This document shows, one piece after another, positions 9,587 through 19,157 of a DNA stretch of 64,000 nt (positions are counted from its first letter, which is position 1; each line of letters begins with the position of its first letter). The DNA is taken from positions 23,756 through 87,755 of the forward strand of contig JBKCNS010000022.1 of NCBI GenBank assembly GCA_046297095.1, in the 5' to 3' direction. The translations under genes were made by a program, and so were the position numbers. Origin of the DNA: Candidatus Kapaibacterium sp. (GTDB lineage Bacteria > Bacteroidota > Ignavibacteria > Kapaibacteriales > NICIL-2). Below the pieces are notes generated by a model. The model was not told where the DNA came from. It was given only the letters and a program-made list of their open reading frames with translations, and did no database searches.

Positions 9587-10717
9587 GTGCCTGCACCCTT
9601 CAAAAAAATTCTCGTCTTATCCGTCTCGGCCGGAGCCGGTCATGTGCGCGCCGCCGAGGCTTTGGTGGAGCAGTTCTCTGCGCAACGCCTTGCCACCGAA
9701 ATCGTCCATCTGGATATTCTTAAATACACTTCCAAAGCGATGCGAACGCTGTACAGCAAAGCGTATTTCGATGTTGCCAAAGCTGCTCCGGAGTTGTTGG
9801 GATGGATATACGACTATTTGGATAAGCCGTGGAAGAATGAGAATCGCATTCGAGCACTCGAGAGAGTGAATATCTCGTTACTCGTCAAAGTGTTGGAGAA
9901 CATTCAGCCCGATGTGGTGGTAAGTACACACTTTTTGCCTGCCGATATTATCACCTATTTACGGCGCAAAAAGAAATACTCCTGCAAGCAAGCGGTGGTG
10001 CTTACCGATTACGATGCTCACGCGCTATGGTTGAACCGCGATGTAGACTTGTATTGCGCAGCTTGTGAGGAAGAACGTGCCTACTTGCTGGCGCTCGGCA
10101 TGCCTGCAGAGCGCGTGGTGACCACCGGCATTCCTATCCATCCGGTGTTCTCCGAGAGCAAGGATTCGCGTGCCATGCGGATGAAGCACGGCTTGGCTAT
10201 CGATCAACCGGTGGTGCTGGTATCGGCCGGTGGATTTGGTGTAACGAATATCGAGCACATCGTGGAGGCGCTCACGAAGGTCAAGCAACGCATCGCGATT
10301 GTGGCTTTATGCGGCTCCAATACGCGTGCTGCCGATGTGCTGAAAAAAAAGTATACCGGCACGGAACATCATTCGGTGCATGTGGTGGGGTACACCACAG
10401 AAATGGATGAGTACATGAGTGCAGCCGACATTATGATTGGAAAGCCGGGAGGTTTAACCAGCAGTGAAGTGCTTGCCAAACAACTTCCACTTATTATCGT
10501 GAATCCTTTGCCTGGGCAGGAAGAACGTAACGCTGATTATTTGCTCGAGCAAGGCGCTGCATGGAAATGCAACAATATCCCCACGCTTCCCTACAAAGTG
10601 GAGCTTTTGCTGAGCTCGGAGTCGTCACGAACTGCCATGAAGAATGCCGCTGCGTCCATTGCAAGGCCACGGGCTGCCGGCTCTGTGGCCGATGCAGTAC
10701 AGAAAATGTTCGGCTGA
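9587..10717 (+). CDS. UgtP/MGDG-synthase-like glycosyltransferase (GT28)
   Basis: GAGH..AA, STHF, LTDY..H..W, TGIPI, KPGGLT.SE, PGQEE.NA; probable GTG start at 9587 after TAGATTTG (9556-9563). Confidence 0.88.
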   Translation: MPAPFKKILVLSVSAGAGHVRAAEALVEQFSAQRLATEIVHLDILKYTSKAMRTLYSKAYFDVAKAAPELLGWIYDYLDKPWKNENRIRALERVNISLLVKVLENIQPDVVVSTHFLPADIITYLRRKKKYSCKQAVVLTDYDAHALWLNRDVDLYCAACEEERAYLLALGMPAERVVTTGIPIHPVFSESKDSRAMRMKHGLAIDQPVVLVSAGGFGVTNIEHIVEALTKVKQRIAIVALCGSNTRAADVLKKKYTGTEHHSVHVVGYTTEMDEYMSAADIMIGKPGGLTSSEVLAKQLPLIIVNPLPGQEERNADYLLEQGAAWKCNNIPTLPYKVELLLSSESSRTAMKNAAASIARPRAAGSVADAVQKMFG

Positions 10718-10907
10718 ATGTGTAGGGAATCGCTCAATTGAACGTTCGGTACATCGTGCCGCTGAATGGTCGTAAACGTTGATTGGCGCGCAGAGCGGAG
10801 CGCGGGGCAGCAGTCCACCCAAGTAAACCGAATAAACCTTTGTATTTTGCGCAGCTATTCGCGCAGAGTAGTATGTTTTTATTCACCTCGGGTTGGATTC
10901 CAAAGCC

Positions 10908-11936
10908 ATGAAAATTGGTACCGTAGAAGTAGAGCGCGGAGTATTACTCGCCCCTATGGAAGATGTCAGCGATCTTCCGTTTAGAGTGATATGCCGCCGC
11001 CTTGGTGCCGATATCGTGTACACGGAGTTTATCTCGAGCGAAGGATTGGTACGTGATGCGCGTCGCTCGCTTCAGAAGTTGGATTTGGACCCTGATGAAC
11101 ATCCGGTGGCCATCCAGATTTTTGGCGGCAACATTGATGTAATGGTGGAAGCGGCTCGTATCACCGAGCAGTCGAAGCCGGAGTTTATCGACATCAATTT
11201 TGGATGCTGGGTAAAAAATGTGGTGGCAAGAAACGCCGGTGCCGCATTGCTTCGCGAGCCGCAGACCATGGCAAAGATGACCAAAGCCGTTGTGGATGCC
11301 GTTGGGTTGCCGGTTACCGTGAAGACGCGCCTGGGATGGGATCCAAGCTCTATTGTTATCGTGGACGTAGCAAAGATGATGCAGGACGCAGGAGCCGCAG
11401 CGATAACGGTACATTGCCGCACTCGAGACATGGGTCACAGCGGTTCGGCCGATTGGAGCTGGATTCCCAAAATCAAGCAGGCGGTTTCCATTCCCGTGAT
11501 CTTGAACGGAGATGTTGTAACTCCCCGGGATGCGGAGAGAGCGTTTGCGGAAACAGGTTGCGATGCAGTAATGATCGGACGTGCAGCCATTACCAATCCG
11601 TTTATCTTCAGAGAAACTCAAGAGTATTTACGTACAGGCGTTCAACCGGAGCCGGCAACGGTGGAAGAACGCGTGGACATTTGTTTGGAACAATTGCGTC
11701 GATCCATTGCCCGTAGCGGTAATGAGCGCCGCTCAAGTATAGAATTTCGAAAATTTTTTTCCGGCTATCTCAAAGGGTTGCCCATGGCGTCGTCGGTACG
11801 TCGTGATCTTGTGCACACGGAGTCGTATTCACAAATCGAAGATCGTCTTCGAGAGTATGTGGAATTCCTCCGTTCACATGACGACGTATCCGTTCACTCC
11901 GTGGAAGCCCACACGGTGAGTTCCGGCGCTGCATAA
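10908..11936 (+). CDS. dusB: tRNA dihydrouridine synthase B
   Basis: LAPME, IDINFGC, VTVKTRLGW, TVHCRT, NGD, VMIGRA. Confidence 0.92.
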   Translation: MKIGTVEVERGVLLAPMEDVSDLPFRVICRRLGADIVYTEFISSEGLVRDARRSLQKLDLDPDEHPVAIQIFGGNIDVMVEAARITEQSKPEFIDINFGCWVKNVVARNAGAALLREPQTMAKMTKAVVDAVGLPVTVKTRLGWDPSSIVIVDVAKMMQDAGAAAITVHCRTRDMGHSGSADWSWIPKIKQAVSIPVILNGDVVTPRDAERAFAETGCDAVMIGRAAITNPFIFRETQEYLRTGVQPEPATVEERVDICLEQLRRSIARSGNERRSSIEFRKFFSGYLKGLPMASSVRRDLVHTESYSQIEDRLREYVEFLRSHDDVSVHSVEAHTVSSGAA

Positions 11937-12022
11937 AGGATGCAGTCGTCTCTTGATGGTGCCCATGGCAGCAAAAATTTTTTGCGTGCGTGGGTGTGCC
12001 GCAAGCAGACAACATTTGAATT

Positions 12023-14911
12023 ATGATGGAAGATCCTCGTCAATCGGAGCAGCAGAGCTCCGACACACCGCCGGCATCACAGTCCGCGGCTCGCAACGCG
12101 GCCGGTTCACGCAAAGCCAAGGCAACGCCGGCAAAGGCCGCAACGGCCAAAAAAACTTCAGCGAAGACTGAAACGACTTCAGCGAAGTCTGCAACCTCTC
12201 CGGCCAAGGCTGCATCAGCCAAAGCATCCCCGAAGTCGGCACCTGCTAAAGCTGCTGCGGTGAAGAAAGCAGCATCATCACCGGCATCAACGCCGTCATC
12301 CGAGGCATCGAATGTTTCGCCGAAGGACGAAGCCGCGAAGAAGACTTCTGCCAAGGCTACGAAGTCTACTAAGTCTGACAAGCCTGCTACAACGTCCAAG
12401 TCTGCCAAGCCTGCCAACCAGGTATCGACAGCCAAGTCCGGTAATAACCGTGGCCCATCAAAGCCCGCGAAAAAATCTGTGGCAGAAACCTCGACGCCCG
12501 ATATCAACGAGGTAGCTGCATTTATCTCCAGCTTGAAAACGGAAAAAAGTCAGCGCAAAGGTGCGGACACGCAACCGGCAGCCACACTATCTTCCGATAC
12601 TCGCAGAAGCGAGCAGCAAGGATCCGAAGTTCGCGGTAATGATCGTGGAAGAGATAACGATCGCAGCAGAGACAATGACCGTGGAAGAGGCAATAACCGC
12701 GGGCAACAAAGGCCGAATCAACAGGCGAATCAACAGCCGAATCAACAGGCGAATCAACAAGCAAATCGACAAGCGCAGCAGGCCGGCAACGAGCTCGATT
12801 CGGGCGCTGATTCCGCTACCGATGCTTCACTGCAGGGTACTACCGTAGACGAGAATGGCGCACCGATCAGTCGCCGCGAAAAGCGAAGACTGGAGTGGAT
12901 AGAGAAGCGTCGTTTATGGCGCGAGCAGAAGAAGCTGGAACGTATTCAACGCCGTCAATCACAAGGCGATGATGCGGAACCGAACGAGGATGGCGACGAG
13001 AGCACTCATGAGTTCGACGGTGAGGCACCTGCCGACACACCCGCTGTAGCACCCGCTGAGAAGCTCATTTCGGACAACCGCTCGAAAGGACGAGACGACC
13101 GCGATCAGAACCGCCGAGACGACCGCCGAGACGACCGTTCAGCCAACCGTGACGGCAACCGCAACAACAGGCGCGGCAACAAGCAAGAGCCACGCACCGC
13201 TGATACTCAACACCCGGATACTGCTGATCATAGCAACGACCAAGCAGCCCGCACCCAACGGGCGGCTTCGGAAACACGTGATGTTCACGAGAGCTATGAT
13301 GCGCAGGAAGGTTCGCGCGCCGATAGCCCGGCAGCACAGGATTCTCGCGGCCGTGGTAAAGGCAGAGGCAAGAAAAGCCCGCCGCCAGCAGCGCGAGCGA
13401 AGCAAGCGCCCGAGCACTCCGACACTCTTGATACCGTAGCCGAAGAGCGCTATGCTTTGCCGCCTCCGAAGAGATTTTTCGTGTACAAAGACATTACGAG
13501 AAAGCCGGAGCTCAGCGACTTCGTAGCTCGTATTGCAGAGCGAGTGGAGAAGTATATGATCCACGATTTACTTGTGGAAGATGGCGAGTCTATTCTGGTT
13601 GGTGTAAGTGGCGGAGTTGATTCGGTTGTGCTCTTGGATATCCTTCATGTGTTATCGTTCGAGCATGGTTTTTCGCTGAGCGTAGCACATGTAAATCACG
13701 GACTTCGTGGTGCCGACGCAAAGCGCGACGAAAAGTTCGTTCGCTCACTTGCGCAGAAGTACGATGTTCCCTGCCATTCAACGCAAGTTCAGGTAAAAGA
13801 CTTTGCCAAAAAGCATTCTCTTTCGGAGGAAGTTGCGGCCCGTGAGTTGCGATATAAATTCTTCCGTCAGACGGCAAGCACCATACGCGCAAACTCTTGT
13901 GCCACGGCACACACGGCCGACGACGCCGCCGAAACCTTGCTCATGAATTTATTCCGAGGCACCGGTCTGAGCGGCCTGGCGGGCATTCCTCCGCGCCGTC
14001 CTCTGGTGAAGAAAACACAGTTGATCAGACCGCTGTTACAATTGTCCAAAGAAGAGATTATCAGCTATGCGCAGGAGCGCGAGCTGGAGTGGTTCGAAGA
14101 CGAAACCAATACTCTGACTACCTATACGCGGAACAAAGTTCGGCACGAGGTTCTGCCGCGATTGAAAGAAGAGTTCAATCCGAAGATCATCGAGTCTCTG
14201 AACCGCACGGCCACATTGCTGCGCAAGGCCGACGGCTTTATTGAATCGTTTATCGACTCCACCTATCACTCGGTGGTGAACGAGAAGGAAGACTCTTGTG
14301 TAATTGATATTCACAAGCTGGAAGCATTGCACGAGTTTCTTCAGAGCGAGATTATCGAGCGTTGCATTTCCACGCTCACCTTTGGCAGGACGGTATCCTT
14401 TGCGTCGATGGATCGAATATTGTCGCTGCTCAATAAAGAGGTGGGTGCGCGCGAGACTATTGTCAACAATCTGATTGCGTTGCGAAACCGCGGCGAGATT
14501 GTGCTGATGTACGAGCAACACTTGCAGGAAGTGTTCCTTACTATTTACAAGTTGGGCACCTATACTATAGGCAAGTACACGCTCACGCTGGAGGAGTGCC
14601 ATCGTAATGATGTGCGTATCGGGCAGGACAAGATGGTTGAGTTCTTCGATTACGACAGACTGCCGTATCGTTTGACTCTTCGCACATGGCATGCGGGCGA
14701 TATTCTGCATGCTATCGGCTTGAACGGACACGTAAAAATCAGTGACCTGCTTACCAACGAGAAAGTGGACGCCGGCGAGCGCGCAAGTAAGTTGGTGCTG
14801 GCAACATCTACGGATATCATCTGGGCTTGTGGCTTGCGCATGAGCGAAGATTTCAAGATCACAAACGAAACGCGCAGAATTGTTCGCGCCACATTTTCAG
14901 ACAAGGGATGA
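12023..14911 (+). CDS. tilS: tRNA(Ile)-lysidine synthetase with ~475-aa low-complexity N-terminal extension
   Basis: C-terminal half has SGGVDS PP-loop, HVNHGLR, ARELRY, TAHTADD.AET, RPLL, EDETN, RNKVR and TilS C-terminal domain; frame open from 12023. Confidence 0.9.
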   Translation: MMEDPRQSEQQSSDTPPASQSAARNAAGSRKAKATPAKAATAKKTSAKTETTSAKSATSPAKAASAKASPKSAPAKAAAVKKAASSPASTPSSEASNVSPKDEAAKKTSAKATKSTKSDKPATTSKSAKPANQVSTAKSGNNRGPSKPAKKSVAETSTPDINEVAAFISSLKTEKSQRKGADTQPAATLSSDTRRSEQQGSEVRGNDRGRDNDRSRDNDRGRGNNRGQQRPNQQANQQPNQQANQQANRQAQQAGNELDSGADSATDASLQGTTVDENGAPISRREKRRLEWIEKRRLWREQKKLERIQRRQSQGDDAEPNEDGDESTHEFDGEAPADTPAVAPAEKLISDNRSKGRDDRDQNRRDDRRDDRSANRDGNRNNRRGNKQEPRTADTQHPDTADHSNDQAARTQRAASETRDVHESYDAQEGSRADSPAAQDSRGRGKGRGKKSPPPAARAKQAPEHSDTLDTVAEERYALPPPKRFFVYKDITRKPELSDFVARIAERVEKYMIHDLLVEDGESILVGVSGGVDSVVLLDILHVLSFEHGFSLSVAHVNHGLRGADAKRDEKFVRSLAQKYDVPCHSTQVQVKDFAKKHSLSEEVAARELRYKFFRQTASTIRANSCATAHTADDAAETLLMNLFRGTGLSGLAGIPPRRPLVKKTQLIRPLLQLSKEEIISYAQERELEWFEDETNTLTTYTRNKVRHEVLPRLKEEFNPKIIESLNRTATLLRKADGFIESFIDSTYHSVVNEKEDSCVIDIHKLEALHEFLQSEIIERCISTLTFGRTVSFASMDRILSLLNKEVGARETIVNNLIALRNRGEIVLMYEQHLQEVFLTIYKLGTYTIGKYTLTLEECHRNDVRIGQDKMVEFFDYDRLPYRLTLRTWHAGDILHAIGLNGHVKISDLLTNEKVDAGERASKLVLATSTDIIWACGLRMSEDFKITNETRRIVRATFSDKG

Positions 14912-15480
14912 GCACCGTAACTCTTCACGATTTAAGCTTCCGGCTGCGGTTTTCCCGGGCGGAAATTGTGGAACGCGTAGCCGAGGTTGCGCGCAGCATC
15001 CGAGCAGACTACGCAGATCGCGAGCCGGTGTTTGTGGTGGTGGTGAACGGCGCAATGTTCTTTGCGGTTGATCTGGTACGATTGGTTGGCATACCGTGTA
15101 CTATGGCGTGTATTCAGGCGTCGAGCTACGGCTCGGGTACACAATCCAAAGGCGTCGTGGACTTCGGTGGTTTGGTGCCGAACGTTCGCGAGAAGGATGT
15201 GATCATCGTTGAAGACATCGTCGATACCGGCACTACCATACGCGCCATTCTGGCCAAACTTGCCGATCAACATCCGCGCTCGGTAGCGGTGGCAGCTGTG
15301 GTGAATAAGCCGGCTGCGCATGCGGTTCCTGTGCAGGTGCAGTATCGATGCTTCGAAATGGAGTCCGAGTTTTTGGTTGGTTATGGTCTAGACTATGCAG
15401 GCCGCGGCCGCGAACTCACGGACATCTATGAATTGATTGCGGATAGTACATCGCAATCGCCGTACACAAAGATCAACTGA
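14908..15480 (+). CDS. hpt: hypoxanthine phosphoribosyltransferase
   Basis: VEDIVDTGTT PRPP loop, SSYG, FLVGYGLD; ATG overlaps the tilS TGA (ATGA). Confidence 0.92.
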   Translation: MSTVTLHDLSFRLRFSRAEIVERVAEVARSIRADYADREPVFVVVVNGAMFFAVDLVRLVGIPCTMACIQASSYGSGTQSKGVVDFGGLVPNVREKDVIIVEDIVDTGTTIRAILAKLADQHPRSVAVAAVVNKPAAHAVPVQVQYRCFEMESEFLVGYGLDYAGRGRELTDIYELIADSTSQSPYTKIN

Positions 15481-15513
15481 GATAATCAAGCACGCTGAGT
15501 GTTATTAACGAAC

Positions 15514-16620
15514 ATGATTTCTTCCCGACACATAGATGCAGTAGCAGTAGTGCTTGCCGGAGGCTCAGGAAGTCAGTTGTACCCGCGCAGCACCGAACTG
15601 CGGCCCAAACAGTTTATCCATCTGTTGGGCGAGGGGACCATGATTCAGAACACGGTTGCACGTTTGCTGCCGGTGTTCGACCCATCGCGCATTTATGTGG
15701 TAACCACCGAGCACTTGTTGCCCCTGGTTAAAGATCAGGTACCTTTGGTTCCCGAAGCGAATATCATTACAGAACCTTTTCGCCGCAACACCGCTCCATC
15801 GCTGGCGCTCGCGAATATGACGCTTTCTGCATTGCACCCTTCGGACATGCCGGTGGTGGTGCTGCCCAGCGACCACGTTGTTCACAACATTGGCGAGTTT
15901 CATGATAGTCTGCGTACTGCCGTGGCTGCCGCCAGAGAAACTCAAGGATTGATTACCATTGGTTTGCAACCGTCCAGACCCGAGACCGGCTTTGGATACA
16001 TGCAAGTGAGCGACACCGCAGTGAAGTTGGCAGACACCGAAAGCATGGCTCTGCGCCGCGTGAATGTGTTTGCCGAAAAGCCGGACCGCGATACCGCCGA
16101 ACGATTCATCGACGCCGGTGATTTTCTGTGGAACAGCGGAATGTTTGTGTACGCATTGTCCAGCTTCGACGAAGAGCTTCGCACCTATCTGCCGGACTAT
16201 GCAGGAATGTTCGAGCAGTTGCGCCTTCCGCTCTCTGCTGAGGAGCGCACGCTGCGTATTGAGAGTATTTATAAACAGATTCGCCCCATCTCTGTGGACT
16301 ACGGTATCATGGAGAAATCCAAGCGAGTGTATTGTGTGCTGAGCTCATTCGAATGGAGCGACGTAGGCACATGGGATGAGGTATATCGGTTGAGTAAAAA
16401 AGATTCCCGAAAAAATGTACTCGAAGGCGATGTATTCACCGTGCAGACCAAAGGATGTTTGGTGAGTTCATACGGCAAAGTAGTGGGCCTGATTGGCCTG
16501 GAGGACTTGGTAGTATTGGATTCGGACAACCTGCTTCTGATCTGCAAGAGGGGAGAGACGCATCGTGTGTCCGAGCTTGTGGATTTGTTGCGCAGAAAGC
16601 AAATCAATAAGCTTATGTAA
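15514..16620 (+). CDS. mannose-1-phosphate guanylyltransferase (ManC-like, no PMI domain)
   Basis: LAGGSG, PKQF, EP..RNTAP, PSDH, PETGFGY, FAEKP, WNSGMF, SVDYGIME, WSDVGTW. Confidence 0.88.
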   Translation: MISSRHIDAVAVVLAGGSGSQLYPRSTELRPKQFIHLLGEGTMIQNTVARLLPVFDPSRIYVVTTEHLLPLVKDQVPLVPEANIITEPFRRNTAPSLALANMTLSALHPSDMPVVVLPSDHVVHNIGEFHDSLRTAVAAARETQGLITIGLQPSRPETGFGYMQVSDTAVKLADTESMALRRVNVFAEKPDRDTAERFIDAGDFLWNSGMFVYALSSFDEELRTYLPDYAGMFEQLRLPLSAEERTLRIESIYKQIRPISVDYGIMEKSKRVYCVLSSFEWSDVGTWDEVYRLSKKDSRKNVLEGDVFTVQTKGCLVSSYGKVVGLIGLEDLVVLDSDNLLLICKRGETHRVSELVDLLRRKQINKLM

Positions 16621-16706
16621 CAGGCACCGATGCAGACGACCGATACAGACGACCGGCGTATCACAGGAAAAAACAGATCGGATAAAACCGAAAGTAAGTA
16701 GACAAA

Positions 16707-16745
16707 AACAGCAAAGGCGCTCGTGAACACGGCGCCTTTGCTGTT
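16707..16745. terminator. hairpin between the convergent manC-like gene and nuoL
   Basis: 14-bp stem aacagcaaaggcgc/gcgcctttgctgtt; A-run on the left gives a U-tract on the minus strand. Confidence 0.75.
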
Positions 16746-16792
16746 GTAAACTCACATGTTGCAGAACTCGAGAATACCTTGAGCCGCGATTG

Positions 16793-18739
16793 CTACATCA
16801 CCATATAGATGAGCAACATTACAATACCTGCAAGCATCACTACTGCGTAATTCTGAACAATGCCGGTCTGTACGCGGCGCAGACGTTGCGCCAGTCTTTC
16901 GATAAGCGTTGCTGTGCCATTCACAATGCCGTCGATGATGCGCACATCAAACACCTTCCACAAGGCTGATTGCGACAAAGCAAAGGTGGAATTGACAAAA
17001 AGCTTTTGATACGCCTCATCCAGGAAGTATTTGTTCCAAAGCATCGAATAGACGCCGCCAAAACTTGCCTGCATTTTACCCGGTGTGTCTGAGTGCTGTT
17101 TGTACAAGCGGGTGGCCAGTGCTATACCTACAATAGCAATCACAAGCGATGCACCCATAAGGATGTACTCTATGGCATGAATCTCGTGCACATGCGGGCG
17201 GGTAAGAATCTCTTGCGATTGGGCAAACACGGGTTCCAGCCAGTGCTCCAGATAATTGGGGATGCTATGACCGCCCAACGCTGCCGGCACACCCAGAAAA
17301 CCTCCGGTTACCGACAAGAAGGCAAGCACCATGAGGGGCAGAGTCATCGACGACGGCGACTCGTGGGGATGATGATGGTGCGCATCGAAGCGTTCGCTAC
17401 CGTGGAAGGTAAGGTAATACATGCGGAACATGTAGAACGCTGTGCAGAATGCTGCGGCAACACCCAAGCCCCAAAGCAGCGGACTGCCATGTGCGTAGGC
17501 ATTCCAAAGAATTTCGTCTTTAGAGAAAAATCCTGCGAAAGGAAAGATACCTGCAATTGCCAAGGTTCCGAGCAGGAAGGTAATGTGTGTGGCAGGCATG
17601 TATTTACGCAAGCCACCCATTTTTTGAATGTCCTGCTCGTGATGCATGCCGTGAATAACCGAGCCCGCACCAAGGAACAACAACGCTTTGAAGAACGCGT
17701 GTGTCATCACGTGAAACACGCCGGCAGTAAAGGCTCCCACACCCAGAGCCACGAACATGAATCCAAGCTGTGACACGGTGGAGTACGCCAGAACTTTTTT
17801 GATGTCGTTTTGAACGATGCCGATAGTTGCTGCAAGGAATGCTGTGGCAATACCAACTCCGGCCACTACAGACATAGCCGTTGGCGACAATGCGAAGATC
17901 ACATTAGTGCGCGCAATGAGGAAAATTCCGGAAGTAACCATGGTAGCGGCGTGAATTAGTGCCGATACCGGAGTAGGACCCGCCATAGCGTCAGGCAGCC
18001 ATACTGCCAAAGGAATCTGCGCAGACTTACCGGTGCAACCCAGAAACAAACTCAAAGCGATCAGAGTAACCGGAATAGCCGATGCGTTGGCTGCTACAGC
18101 AGCTGTTGCTTTATCGTAGTCCAGTGTTCCTGTGTAGACATACAGAAGGAACATTGCCACGAGCATGCCGAAGTCGCCAATACGATTCACGATAAAGGCC
18201 TTCTTGGCAGCATCGCCGGTCCATACAATGTTTGTGCCATCGAACTTCTGATCGTACCAAAAACCAATCAGCAGATACGACGCAAGTCCCACGCCTTCCC
18301 ATCCCAAAAAGGTAACAAGGAAGTTGTTCGCCAACACAAGATTCAACATCATAAAGACGAACAGATTCAGATAGGCAAAGAAGCGCGCAAAGCTCTTATC
18401 GCCATGCATGTATCCTGAGGAATACACATGGATTAGAAAGCCAATACCCGTGATAATCAACGTGAATAGAATAGATAGCTGATCAGCACGATATGCAAGC
18501 TCGATGTTCAATGGTCCGGCCTGAATCCATGTGAAAACATGATCTACAATTGCCCGTTCCTCGGCGGGGCGCTCAACCAATGTAAGGAACACCCTTACGG
18601 CCGTTATAAAGGACAATGCAATTGCTCCGGAACCAATTATGGCCACGGCGCGCTCGCTACCAAGCCTTTTGCCAAACAACCCGATTACAAGAAATCCTAT
18701 GAGCGGGAAGAGCGGTATCAGATAAAGATGTTCGGTCAT
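16793..18739 (-). CDS. nuoL: NADH-quinone oxidoreductase subunit L
   Basis: GWEGVGLASYLLIGFW, NRIGD, GKSAQIPL..WLPDAMAGPTPVSALIHAATMV, HAFFKALLF, plus the C-terminal QTG.VQNY helix. Confidence 0.93.
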   Translation of the reverse strand: MTEHLYLIPLFPLIGFLVIGLFGKRLGSERAVAIIGSGAIALSFITAVRVFLTLVERPAEERAIVDHVFTWIQAGPLNIELAYRADQLSILFTLIITGIGFLIHVYSSGYMHGDKSFARFFAYLNLFVFMMLNLVLANNFLVTFLGWEGVGLASYLLIGFWYDQKFDGTNIVWTGDAAKKAFIVNRIGDFGMLVAMFLLYVYTGTLDYDKATAAVAANASAIPVTLIALSLFLGCTGKSAQIPLAVWLPDAMAGPTPVSALIHAATMVTSGIFLIARTNVIFALSPTAMSVVAGVGIATAFLAATIGIVQNDIKKVLAYSTVSQLGFMFVALGVGAFTAGVFHVMTHAFFKALLFLGAGSVIHGMHHEQDIQKMGGLRKYMPATHITFLLGTLAIAGIFPFAGFFSKDEILWNAYAHGSPLLWGLGVAAAFCTAFYMFRMYYLTFHGSERFDAHHHHPHESPSSMTLPLMVLAFLSVTGGFLGVPAALGGHSIPNYLEHWLEPVFAQSQEILTRPHVHEIHAIEYILMGASLVIAIVGIALATRLYKQHSDTPGKMQASFGGVYSMLWNKYFLDEAYQKLFVNSTFALSQSALWKVFDVRIIDGIVNGTATLIERLAQRLRRVQTGIVQNYAVVMLAGIVMLLIYMVM

Positions 18740-18782
18740 AATAATCGTTAGGTCAAAATCGATGATCAAGTTTGCTTAAATG

Positions 18783-19097
18783 TTACTTTCCGGCGGCGTG
18801 GTAGATCCAGCCGTTTATCATCAGCAGAATGCCCGTGAATGTTATCACGAAGCCTAAATATGTAGAGGCACGACCACCCTTTTGCTCGGGTACCAAAATG
18901 CTGCCACCGGCAATGACGATTCCTACGCAAGCAAGAATAAACATCACTGCCCATGCCGGCAGGGGAATTGTCTTCGATGCGATGAGTGAATCAACAAGAC
19001 GAAAGCTGCCGTAGGTAGCTGCAACAAGAAGAAGCTTGCCCAAAGGAGAGGGTGTGGGCTTGTCCATGTGGTCTGCTGTATGTTCTGCACTGCTCAT
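18783..19097 (-). CDS. small hypothetical membrane protein (3 TM)
   Basis: 104-aa ORF with three hydrophobic segments, co-oriented between the amidotransferase and nuoL. Confidence 0.65.
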   Translation of the reverse strand: MSSAEHTADHMDKPTPSPLGKLLLVAATYGSFRLVDSLIASKTIPLPAWAVMFILACVGIVIAGGSILVPEQKGGRASTYLGFVITFTGILLMINGWIYHAAGK

Positions 19098-19157
19098 GAT
19101 TATACCTTAAAATGATCCGTAAAAAAACACGATCGTCGTTAATGTGGTCCGTTTCTG

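Noticed and set aside
17703-17718. parS-like gtcatcacgtgaaaca
   Set aside because: Only 12/16 match to TGTTTCACGTGAAACA, and it is explained by the conserved NuoL codons VFHVMT.
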